A stretch of DNA of 64,000 bases from a virus. Made by a program: the position numbers and the translations under genes. The notes beneath the pieces were generated by a model. That model was not told the DNA's origin. It made no database searches and saw nothing but the letters and a program-made list of their open reading frames with translations. Of this stretch, positions 40,022 to 48,824 are shown one piece after another. The number at the start of each line of letters is the position of its first letter. The first letter of the stretch is position 1. Where the stretch lies: IMG/VR virus record IMGVR_UViG_3300020196_000003; one strand, given 5' to 3'.

Positions 40022-41959
40022 TTATCTCAATTCTCTCAAATCGAATGTTCTAACACCATCCACGGTAATTCTCCCGTAGAATCTGTTGTTCACCATCTTC
40101 TTCGCGTATCTGGTCATAATACCTTTGATTGGCGTAAAGTTGAATGGGTTATACATTGTAGGTGTTAATTGTAGAGGAACATACGGTGCGTAAATGTAAC
40201 CTGTGTCTAATAATGAAGTTCCTTTGTGTCCGATCAAAACTTGGTTTGGTGGGAAGTAAGGATCACGATAAACTTGGTAACGTCCTGAAAGTGTACCTAC
40301 TCTTTCAATACCCATGTTGTATTGGTCTTGCTCAGGAGCCGCGTTAGATACGTGGAAGTATTCTAAATCGTCAAAGATAGCAGAAACCTCAGATGATACA
40401 ACAATCCAGTTAGCTCCACCTCTCAAAGTAGATTTGTGGATTTGTGCTGACAATTGGTTGATTGCAGTAATCATAGTTTGGTTCCAATCTTTCTGAGTAT
40501 AAGAAACTTGGTTGTTGATTCTTCTCCATCCGTTGTAGTCCCAACGTAACTGCCATGCCGCTCCTTTTCTCAAGTCACGTAAGATTTCACGGTCAATTTC
40601 AGCTGCAACTTGCTCTGATAACAAAGCCGTCAATTCGGCCTCAGCATCAATGTTGTGGAATGCAGCAACGTCTTGTGCTAACTCAGGTGACCACTGTGCT
40701 CTTAGTTTTCTTTCTGTAACAGATACAGTTACTGACTCAAGGTCAAAAGAAACCTCACCAATTTGATCTTCAAATTCCAAATTGGCATATCTTCTATACC
40801 ATGCGGTAAATGAAGATGCTGATGATCCTGATGAGATTGTTGTCCCTGTATATCCGTCTAACGAAGTCGCATCACAATCAGCACATACAGGACAAGATAA
40901 ATCAACCTCTAACCAAATACAACCATTTTCATCACAAATGTCATTATAGTTACCACCATTACCACCGTTAGATGGACTGTTTGGATAACCTGACGCATTT
41001 GTGAACACAGTTGCTGCGTTGCTACCATATTTTACAATACCTTTACCATAGATTTGAGTTACAACTCTAAATAATAGAGGAGCGTAAACTGTGGATCCAT
41101 TATAAGTAGTTGTTGTTACACTACAAGGTGTTGTTGCTGCTGAGAAACCATTAGCCGCGTAAATTCTAAGGTCAGAAAGGAATGACTCAGTGTCCATTTC
41201 GTTACCATCAGGACCGATAAGTTTTCCAGCTCCTGAATTCATGAAACCACAAAGTTTAACGATAACTTTTCTATAGTTACCTGCTGGAATAATTTCACCA
41301 GCACCAATGTTAGCGTTTACTAACTCAGAACCGGCCCATGCTTGAACTAACGTAGTTGCAGTGACCGCAGTCCACTTACCTTTAGAGTAGTCAAATAATC
41401 CAGGAGGATCTAATGACGCTTCGTTGCCTTCGTAAAATAAATCGTAAAGATTTTTTTTGTAGTAGTAATCATTGGTAGGATATCCTTGGCTAGGATTGTT
41501 CAAATTGGCATTAACCGCTTCTGGTGAACCGATTGGTGCGTAATGATCACCACCCGCTGTTGCGTTAGATGGTGAGGAATTTGGATAAAGGTTTGCATAC
41601 GTAGAACTAAGATTTTGATATCCTTGAATACGTGGTACAAAGTAGAACAATTTACCAATAGGTAAATTCATTGCTTGTACTGATACGATGTCGTTAGCTA
41701 ACAATTTAGAAAATACACGTCTTACAATCGGGAAAACAACTGTTTCGAATGCTCCATTTGAAGTTCCGTCAGAAGTTGCTTCGTTGATTAAAAAAGATGC
41801 TTGATTTTCGTATAATTGTGCTACGTTTTCTTTTAGGTGACCTCTTAGGCCATCTAAAAAACCTAATTTGTCCCATTTGTTAATTGTGTCTTCTTTGATA
41901 ACTTTAAGGTGTTTTAACCCGATGTTACCAACAAGACCTGATTCTAATAAAGCTCCCAT
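40022..41959 (-). CDS. Major capsid protein (T4 gp23-like) with a large insertion
   Basis: PIVRRVF..LLANDIVSVQAM; RKLRAQWSPELAQD...EIDREI; GYIYAPYVPL; GIMTRYAK. Confidence 0.95.
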   Translation of the reverse strand: MGALLESGLVGNIGLKHLKVIKEDTINKWDKLGFLDGLRGHLKENVAQLYENQASFLINEATSDGTSNGAFETVVFPIVRRVFSKLLANDIVSVQAMNLPIGKLFYFVPRIQGYQNLSSTYANLYPNSSPSNATAGGDHYAPIGSPEAVNANLNNPSQGYPTNDYYYKKNLYDLFYEGNEASLDPPGLFDYSKGKWTAVTATTLVQAWAGSELVNANIGAGEIIPAGNYRKVIVKLCGFMNSGAGKLIGPDGNEMDTESFLSDLRIYAANGFSAATTPCSVTTTTYNGSTVYAPLLFRVVTQIYGKGIVKYGSNAATVFTNASGYPNSPSNGGNGGNYNDICDENGCIWLEVDLSCPVCADCDATSLDGYTGTTISSGSSASSFTAWYRRYANLEFEDQIGEVSFDLESVTVSVTERKLRAQWSPELAQDVAAFHNIDAEAELTALLSEQVAAEIDREILRDLRKGAAWQLRWDYNGWRRINNQVSYTQKDWNQTMITAINQLSAQIHKSTLRGGANWIVVSSEVSAIFDDLEYFHVSNAAPEQDQYNMGIERVGTLSGRYQVYRDPYFPPNQVLIGHKGTSLLDTGYIYAPYVPLQLTPTMYNPFNFTPIKGIMTRYAKKMVNNRFYGRITVDGVRTFDLRELR

Positions 41960-41988
41960 TTTTTTTATTTTATTTTTTAGTTTATTTT

Positions 41989-43629
41989 TTATTTTATTTT
42001 TAACATCAAATCCTTCATTCTTAAAAATTGAGGATTCTCATACGTTTTTGACTCAATTAAGTTTACTGCTGAACCTGTTTCAACAGATTTATTTACAGTT
42101 CTTTCAATTGATTCGGTTAATTTTTGTTCTGAACCTGAACTTACTGAAGATGACAATTCATTTTTAATAGTTCGGTAAAGATTTTTAGATTCTTTCAAAG
42201 ATTCAACATTATCAAATCTTCTTAGAATATTTATTTTTTCTTGTTTAGTTGTTGAGTGTTCAGTGAACAAACGAGTTGCATAAGCTAAATTTGAATTAAA
42301 AACCGCAACTTCATTGATTTTGGTTCTGAAAACGTCTAAAGCTTTTTTATACTCGTTATTTTTTTCTTTTAACATTTCAACTTCTTCATTTATTCTTGTG
42401 TGCGGTCTTACTCTGATTTCTTTTCTGTTAACATTTTGATCAGAACCTTTTCTGTTTCCAACTTTATTGGCTCTGGTGTAACTATTAGTTCGTACGGCTT
42501 CTTTAGTTTCCATTTTTCTAACATTCTTGAAATCACCATTCGTTTCGTCCTTATATTCAAATTTTGCTTTACCTGTTCCCATGGCTTTAGTTCCTTTTCC
42601 AAAAGCTTCTTTTCTTTTTTCATTAAACCCTCCGCTCATGTTAGGTTTTTTACCATATGCAAATTTAGGACCACGACCAATACCGACACCTTTATTTTTG
42701 ATTGATTTTTTGGTTTTTTCAACGGCTTCAGCGATTGCATTTTCTAAGTCATCTCCTTCGAATTCATAAACTTTTTCTTCACTTCCGTAACCATCTTCTT
42801 CTTCAAGACCAATTCCGCCCATCATAGCACCTTTTGCGGCACCAGCCCAAGACCAACCTTCATTATATTCATGTTCAGGCTCGCTATCTATATCTTCGCC
42901 CAATTTATAATCGGATTCGTCATATATGTTCTTACCAAACTTGCTTGAAGTGTCCCCATCCATTTCTATTTCATATATTACTTCATTCATTTTTCTTTCT
43001 GATTCTCTTAGTCGTATCATATATTCGTTATCACCGTCTTCAAGGTGTAACATTTCACCTTCTTTTTTTATAACGATTCCATCATCATCTCCCATTGCTT
43101 TGAAAACTTTTAAGACTTCAGCGTCAGAAGCTCCTCTCATATCGATAGTTTCTCCTTCATCATCCATTTCCATGTCTTCATCATCCATTTCCATGTCTTC
43201 ATCATCCATTTCCATGTCTTCATCATCCATTTCCATGTCTTCATCATCCATTTCCATGTCTTCATCATCCATTTCCATGTCTTCATCATCCATTTCCATG
43301 TCTTCATCATCCATTTCCATGTCTTCATCATCCATTTCCATGTCTTCATCATCCATTTCCATGTCTTCATCATCCATTTCCATGTCTTCATCATCAACAT
43401 TGGTTTGAGTTTTCGCACTAGGCGCGGCTGGAGAGGTTCCTTGTTCCTTAACCCCTTTTTTCTTCTTAGATTCCTGAAGGGATTCTTTTACTAATTGTCT
43501 GATTTCTTCACTCATCGTAGATTGAAGTATTCCTTTTGCATTTTCTTGTAGAGTCTCCTCCAAATTCCTAATTTGGAAAAGAGCGTCTTCTACTACATTT
43601 TGGTTGTTTGCCATAGTTGTTTTATTCAT
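41989..43629 (-). CDS. Prohead core/scaffold protein with acidic repeat
   Basis: Immediately upstream of the MCP; acidic repeat, coiled-coil C-terminus, many [IL]xE sites. Confidence 0.75.
   Translation of the reverse strand: MNKTTMANNQNVVEDALFQIRNLEETLQENAKGILQSTMSEEIRQLVKESLQESKKKKGVKEQGTSPAAPSAKTQTNVDDEDMEMDDEDMEMDDEDMEMDDEDMEMDDEDMEMDDEDMEMDDEDMEMDDEDMEMDDEDMEMDDEDMEMDDEDMEMDDEGETIDMRGASDAEVLKVFKAMGDDDGIVIKKEGEMLHLEDGDNEYMIRLRESERKMNEVIYEIEMDGDTSSKFGKNIYDESDYKLGEDIDSEPEHEYNEGWSWAGAAKGAMMGGIGLEEEDGYGSEEKVYEFEGDDLENAIAEAVEKTKKSIKNKGVGIGRGPKFAYGKKPNMSGGFNEKRKEAFGKGTKAMGTGKAKFEYKDETNGDFKNVRKMETKEAVRTNSYTRANKVGNRKGSDQNVNRKEIRVRPHTRINEEVEMLKEKNNEYKKALDVFRTKINEVAVFNSNLAYATRLFTEHSTTKQEKINILRRFDNVESLKESKNLYRTIKNELSSSVSSGSEQKLTESIERTVNKSVETGSAVNLIESKTYENPQFLRMKDLMLKIK
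43156..43395. repeat. Perfect 21-nt tandem repeat, 11.4 copies, encoding DDEDMEM
   Basis: TTCATCATCCATTTCCATGTC x11 plus TTCATCATC. Confidence 0.97.
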
Positions 43630-43689
43630 TTATTTACAAATAAATATCATATAATTTAAAAAAAATTAGTTTATTTAAATTTTAACAAA

Positions 43690-43728
43690 AAAAAAAGGGA
43701 AATAGACAAAAGTCCTTTTCCCTTTTTT
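43690..43728 (-). terminator. Rho-independent terminator
   Basis: AAAAAAGGGAAA...TTTCCCTTTTTT inverted repeat. Confidence 0.7.
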
Positions 43729-43746
43729 CTTAGATTTTTTAAAAAA

Positions 43747-43959
43747 TCAGCTTTCAATCACCTCATCAATTTTTGATTCTACAATTGATGTTATTCTCCA
43801 ATCTTGAGAATACTGTTCATAAACTTTAGTTATTTTTGCCTCAACATCCGTTGGTGAAAAACCTTTAACTAATTTTTCTTCTCTTATTTTTTTGATTTTA
43901 CCTGTGTTTTCATCAGGTATATCAGACGTAATTTTTGTAATAAAATATTTTTCGTTCAT
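43747..43959 (-). CDS. DUF4494-like small protein
   Basis: YF..KI......GKIKKIREEKLV...SPTDVEAK...ESKIDEVI pattern, seen in Bacteroidota phages. Confidence 0.55.
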   Translation of the reverse strand: MNEKYFITKITSDIPDENTGKIKKIREEKLVKGFSPTDVEAKITKVYEQYSQDWRITSIVESKIDEVIES

Positions 43960-43966
43960 TTTTTTT

Positions 43967-44695
43967 TTATTTATGTAAATAATCGGACAATCTATTCATC
44001 AAGTCAAGTGATTTAGAACCTGCTTCACCAACATGTCTATTTGCATTCATTTTTTTTTCTTCATCTAAACTCTCCTCGAACTTCAATCTTTCATTAGGTT
44101 CTCTAAACAAATATGCACCTGGTGTAGATGGAGATGATACTAAATCAAAACAAATCAATTCAAAATCATCTTGAACTTCATTTTGTTCACCAACTTTTTT
44201 AAGAGACCCAACACCACGAGAAGAAATACCTAAAGTTACTCCTTGACGAAGGTAATTTGCCGCTAAATCACCTTTTGTCGACACAACACCCCTTTCATGA
44301 AAACCAGGTGATGTAAGTAATTTTAATTTGCCTAATAGTACAGGACCTTCCCACCAAATATCTGTTATCGAGTGTGATACACGATCCAAATCAATAAGAG
44401 ACGATTCAGGATGGTTTAACTCAGAAAGAGCGGTTCCTTTTTGAATAATTTTTTTATAATTCTCAACTTCTCGTTTTAATATCTTCTCGGGATATATTCT
44501 TCCATTTCTATTCGGAGTGTCATATTTCTGAAGTACCGCATAAAACTCGAATGGTTTCGAGTAGTCCAACATATCACGATTTTCTCTTATCATTGATAAA
44601 TTTCTTCTTTCATTTGGATCAATGTAACCCGCATCATATTCTACAAGAATACCACAACCTAAATCTCTTGGACCTAATATTTTCAAACTGTTCAT
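43967..44695 (-). CDS. Prohead protease (T4 gp21-like)
   Basis: NRNGRIYP, ELNHP, VSH, GISSRGVGS, FDLVSSPS. Confidence 0.92.
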   Translation of the reverse strand: MNSLKILGPRDLGCGILVEYDAGYIDPNERRNLSMIRENRDMLDYSKPFEFYAVLQKYDTPNRNGRIYPEKILKREVENYKKIIQKGTALSELNHPESSLIDLDRVSHSITDIWWEGPVLLGKLKLLTSPGFHERGVVSTKGDLAANYLRQGVTLGISSRGVGSLKKVGEQNEVQDDFELICFDLVSSPSTPGAYLFREPNERLKFEESLDEEKKMNANRHVGEAGSKSLDLMNRLSDYLHK

Positions 44696-44717
44696 TTAAT
44701 ATTTTTATTAATAAATA

Positions 44718-45185
44718 CTAAATAGTTTCAGTTTCTTTCTTTAATGACTTTGGATTTCCATTTTTTGTAAGATAAAATTTAAAATATGTATTTTTGTTAA
44801 TTATATCCCCATAAATTGATTTTATTAAACTTTTAACAAGTTTTTTAAGTTTTGGAGATTTGAAATCTATTTTGTTAATAAGAAATAGATTGATTTCTAA
44901 ATTCAAAAAAGATTTCTTTTTTATTTGAAGTCCACTTGTTCTCAGATCTAAATCTACTATAAATTTTGTGTCAAAATATTCTTTGTTTAAGTTTTCTAAA
45001 ACAGAGTGTTTTACCGATCTTGTCATGTTTAAAACAACACGGTTCCAATTTTCCACTTCATCTTTGGGTTCTGCCCATGTCTGAATGTTAATAAAAATTG
45101 ATTTTAAATTTGTTGAGTCGATTGTACCAAAATGGGATTTAAAGGACCGATATCCATTTAGTTTGATCGTTTTTCCTTTTTTCAT
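44718..45185 (-). CDS. Hypothetical phage protein
   Basis: 155-aa ORF in the head cluster. Confidence 0.7.
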   Translation of the reverse strand: MKKGKTIKLNGYRSFKSHFGTIDSTNLKSIFINIQTWAEPKDEVENWNRVVLNMTRSVKHSVLENLNKEYFDTKFIVDLDLRTSGLQIKKKSFLNLEINLFLINKIDFKSPKLKKLVKSLIKSIYGDIINKNTYFKFYLTKNGNPKSLKKETETI

Positions 45186-45264
45186 AAATAATTTTCATAT
45201 GCTTAAAGTTTATTTTTGATTAAATGTAAACATTATTTATATTTATATCAACAATGGAAAATTT

Positions 45265-45453
45265 ATGTTGAAAGTAGAGATAAAAAAAGGAAATATTGAA
45301 AAGGGCTTGAAAGAGCTGAAAGCGAAAATTGTGAAAACTAAACAAAACAATATTTTGTTAAATAGAAAAGAGTTTATTAAATTATCAGTTAGAAAAAGAT
45401 CTCAAATCAAAAAAGCTATATACATTCAAAAATTGAAACTGAAACTAGATTAA
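45265..45453 (+). CDS. rpsU: Ribosomal protein bS21 homolog
   Basis: 62-aa basic protein MLKVEIKKGNIEKGLKELKAK...RKEFIKLSVRKR fits the bS21 pattern (V...NIE+ALK.+K...R+EF.KPS..+R). Confidence 0.8.
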   Translation: MLKVEIKKGNIEKGLKELKAKIVKTKQNNILLNRKEFIKLSVRKRSQIKKAIYIQKLKLKLD

Positions 45454-46160
45454 AGATCTCCTTTCAGTTGTTTTAATTTATAATAATTTAATTCATTAAA
45501 AGATTCGGTTTGAATTTTTTCCATAACTAAATCTATTGTTTTTAAAGTTTCGTTATCTGAATTTTTTTTTTGTTCCTCTAATTTTTCTAAAACAAAAAGT
45601 TTTGTTTCATTATAATTTTCAATTAATTTTTCTTTTGGAATATTTAGAATTGTTTTGAGTTCTTTTTTTTCAGATTCAGTTAATGATTCAATGAATTTTG
45701 TAACCGTTCTATTTGCAACATTTATCATAGATTTCAAAGGAACATTAATTACTTCTTTTTTCTTGTCTTTTTTACTTTTGAGAGTTTCTAAAATTATTTT
45801 TTTGCTTTGAATTTTACTCTCTAACGATAAAATATTTTTTGAAAACAGGTTGTCAATATCTTGATAATTGTTTTTACATTTGATATTACCAACCCACATT
45901 TTTAGTTCTTTAATATGTATAGGTGCTATTTTGTTTAAAGTATTTTCATAAACCGTAATGGATTCATGAATAAATTCTGTTGCTAAACTTTCCTGTAATT
46001 CTTTTTTAGACGATAACTCATCATAAATAAAAAATATTTTCGATATATTTTTGTTTTTCAAAACAAGTTCTTCAAAGATAAACAAATGATCTTTTATTTT
46101 GTTTTTCTTATATGACTCTGTCAAACAAACTTCTATTTTTGATTTTAATTCTCCAAACAT
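45450..46160 (-). CDS. Hypothetical phage protein
   Basis: Helical ORF downstream of the portal; ATG at 46160 after TATTTAT. Confidence 0.7.
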   Translation of the reverse strand: MFGELKSKIEVCLTESYKKNKIKDHLFIFEELVLKNKNISKIFFIYDELSSKKELQESLATEFIHESITVYENTLNKIAPIHIKELKMWVGNIKCKNNYQDIDNLFSKNILSLESKIQSKKIILETLKSKKDKKKEVINVPLKSMINVANRTVTKFIESLTESEKKELKTILNIPKEKLIENYNETKLFVLEKLEEQKKNSDNETLKTIDLVMEKIQTESFNELNYYKLKQLKGDL

Positions 46161-46197
46161 TTTATTCAATTTATTAATAAATATAAGGTAAATTAAT

Positions 46198-48012
46198 TTA
46201 ATCTTTCAAAAGATTGGATAATTGATCTTTGATTGAGCCCAAAGAATTATTAATTTTTTGAAATTCTAAAAATTCATCTTCATCAAATTCATCTTTATTT
46301 TCCATAATAAGTTTGAAGTTATCTTTTTTTACGGATTCAGGTATTGGTGGTGTCGGTCCACCTGCCGGTGGAGCCTCAGGTGCTGCGGGTGGTCCTTCAG
46401 CCTCTGCGGCAGGAGCTACTCCTTCAGGTGCCGCAGTTGATGTTGATGATGTAGACGCTGTTACAGGTTTATATAATCTATCGAATGTATCAAATACACC
46501 GGTTTTGGTAATAATTGTTGCCGTGTTATCAAGTTCGGCAGAAACCGCTCTTTCCATTCTTATTTGAAGTAAATCGTTTTTAATTTCTTCATCAGAGAAT
46601 CCAAATATATGTTTTTTTGCCCAAGTTGCAGACACCGCTTGTATCGATTTAGGAATTTCAGCAACCATATCTTTATACAATGTCATTTTTTGTGTCATGA
46701 CCTCAACCATTAATAAATCTGCTTGTTTAGAGGGGTTTGTAAGTTGTAATGTAAAATTTGATAACTCATCTTCAAATCCCATAAGAAACAAATGGATAAT
46801 GGCTATCTTGTTCATTTCAGCAATTGCGGATTTTTGAATCCTATTAATTGTTCTTGCGAATCTAATGTCTAATAACGACAAGTTTTTACCATCTCCCACA
46901 GGTTCTTCAAATCCTAAATAAGCTTTAGGAATACGAAGTGCAGTAACTAATTTTTTTTGGATATATTCAATATCGGCAATTTCAGAAAGGTTTGCTGCGC
47001 CAGCCAGAGTGTCAATTGGACTTGCTTGTGTAGCATCACGAACGGGGATAAAATAATCTTGGTCTACAGCCATTTGATTGAATCTCAAGTCGACATTACC
47101 TGTTTTTCTGTCAACAACCTGATCTCTTTTGAATTTATTAGCGACTCTTTGGACATATGCCTCAACGTCTTTGTCGTCCATATTACCAACAAATACTTTA
47201 AAAACTCTTCTCTCGGGAGCTCTTGATGTACGATAAATTAACATCGCATCTTCTGCTAAAACTAATTGCTTCCAAATACGTCTAGCTTTTTCTAACATCG
47301 ATGTTCCATAAGGAAGTTTTCTATCATCCCCTAATAATCTAAAATGAGCTACTTCCCAAGTATTAAATTCCGCATCTCTTGTTTTCCAAGAAAATTTGAG
47401 TGCTTTTCTATTCACATTAATAGTTGCGTTATATGTCCTTGCGTCCTCACCTCTCTCTAATCTTTCAATTTCGATATTAGGTAATTGCAAACAACCCGTA
47501 ACCCCTTTTTCAGAATCTAATTTTAAATAAACAAAATTATCGCCATACTTACACATGTTTCTAATCCACATTGGTAAGTTTGTATTTATATCTAATGTAT
47601 TGACAAATAAATCTACTAAAATACTTTTAATTCTTTTTGATTCTGAATAAACTTGTAATACATAACCATCGTGATTTGGTGTGGTCGATTCTTCAGAGTA
47701 TATATCTAATGCGGTTGAGATTTCAGGAGTATATTCCATAGATTCATAATCGTAAAACGCTGCTAACCTTGTGGGTTCATAATATACTGCTTGGGTATAT
47801 AAATTGTTCTCAACTTTAGTCCAATTTGTACTTAGATATAAAGATTGTTGATTTTGGAGTTTTGCTCTTTCATACTCTTCCTTATCTTGGGTTTTTAATA
47901 TTTCTTTTTTATCTAATTTGTAGTCTGGTCTTCCTTGACCTAAAGTGCTATCAGGACCAAAAGTTTTGGCAAGTTTTTGCCAAACCGTTAGATTTTGATT
48001 GTTATTTTCCAT
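46198..48012 (-). CDS. Portal protein (T4 gp20-like)
   Basis: EDAMLIYRTSRAPERRVF, DYFIPVR, IDTLAG, ALRIPK; Pro/Ala-rich tail. Confidence 0.93.
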   Translation of the reverse strand: MENNNQNLTVWQKLAKTFGPDSTLGQGRPDYKLDKKEILKTQDKEEYERAKLQNQQSLYLSTNWTKVENNLYTQAVYYEPTRLAAFYDYESMEYTPEISTALDIYSEESTTPNHDGYVLQVYSESKRIKSILVDLFVNTLDINTNLPMWIRNMCKYGDNFVYLKLDSEKGVTGCLQLPNIEIERLERGEDARTYNATINVNRKALKFSWKTRDAEFNTWEVAHFRLLGDDRKLPYGTSMLEKARRIWKQLVLAEDAMLIYRTSRAPERRVFKVFVGNMDDKDVEAYVQRVANKFKRDQVVDRKTGNVDLRFNQMAVDQDYFIPVRDATQASPIDTLAGAANLSEIADIEYIQKKLVTALRIPKAYLGFEEPVGDGKNLSLLDIRFARTINRIQKSAIAEMNKIAIIHLFLMGFEDELSNFTLQLTNPSKQADLLMVEVMTQKMTLYKDMVAEIPKSIQAVSATWAKKHIFGFSDEEIKNDLLQIRMERAVSAELDNTATIITKTGVFDTFDRLYKPVTASTSSTSTAAPEGVAPAAEAEGPPAAPEAPPAGGPTPPIPESVKKDNFKLIMENKDEFDEDEFLEFQKINNSLGSIKDQLSNLLKD

Positions 48013-48061
48013 ATTAATAATTTAACTATAGATATAAATATTTCAATAGTTATTTAAATGA

Positions 48062-48820
48062 CTATGGTGCTGGTGTTGTTGTAATTGGATTTGAAATTTT
48101 ATATGTCTTATTATCTGAACTCGGACTTCCCATGGCAAAACTGTCTGTATACGGTGTAGTCAACGATGGGAATAAACATGGATTGGAACTTGTAAAATTA
48201 TTTGTTGTTAATTATATACTAGATCCTGAACTATTTCTTATTTGAACATAAACAATCGAACCAACAGGAACTGTTATTGTTCCATATAATGTGTTAGATG
48301 GACAAAATGCTAAAGTTTGTGATAAACCTAATTGTAACCATGTTTGCCCGAGTGGGAAAGGTTGAGTTCCATCATATGTTCCTGATATCGCATACCATAC
48401 AGTCGCATCAGTGGATGGTATAAATGAGTCCGCAGCAACTCTAATATTAAGATATCCCACAATAGGGCTTGGTGTTGGGGTTGGTGTGTTAGTGGGTGTG
48501 TTAGTTGGTGTAACTGTAGGTGTTTGTGTGGGTGTTATTGTAGGTGTGTTAGTTGGTGTAACTGTAGGTGTTTGTGTGGGTGTTTATGTCACGGATGGAG
48601 TTGGTGTAGGTGTTTGAGTTGGAATCGGAGTCGAAGTTGGTGTTGGATTAGGAGTTAAAAATGGTAGTATTTGTTCTAATAAATCATTATCTTTGGGGGC
48701 GGATTTTTTATATTGAAAAGCAGGTTGAAATACTTTTTGTCCTGTTGTAACTTCACCAGAAACAACTAATCTTGATCCATTTGCAATTCTTCCAGATTTA
48801 TTTCTAAATGATAATCCCAT
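48062..48820 (-). pseudogene. PT-repeat putative virion protein interrupted by two in-frame TAA codons
   Basis: One continuous frame of 252 codons with TAA at 48584-48586 and 48212-48214; coding-like sequence continues after each. Confidence 0.6.
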
Positions 48821-48824
48821 ACTT

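Noticed and set aside
40770-41630. Intein or intron in the major capsid gene
   Set aside because: No C/S...HN-C/S/T splice motifs or LAGLIDADG blocks seen, and the frame is uninterrupted.
43156-43395. Regular repeat as a possible CRISPR array
   Set aside because: Units are head to tail with no spacers, and the 21-nt period is in frame within the scaffold gene.
42400-43418. Alternative-frame ORFs such as (SSSISMS)n and (MMKTWKW)n
   Set aside because: By-products of the stop-free 21-nt repeat and of the scaffold coding sequence.
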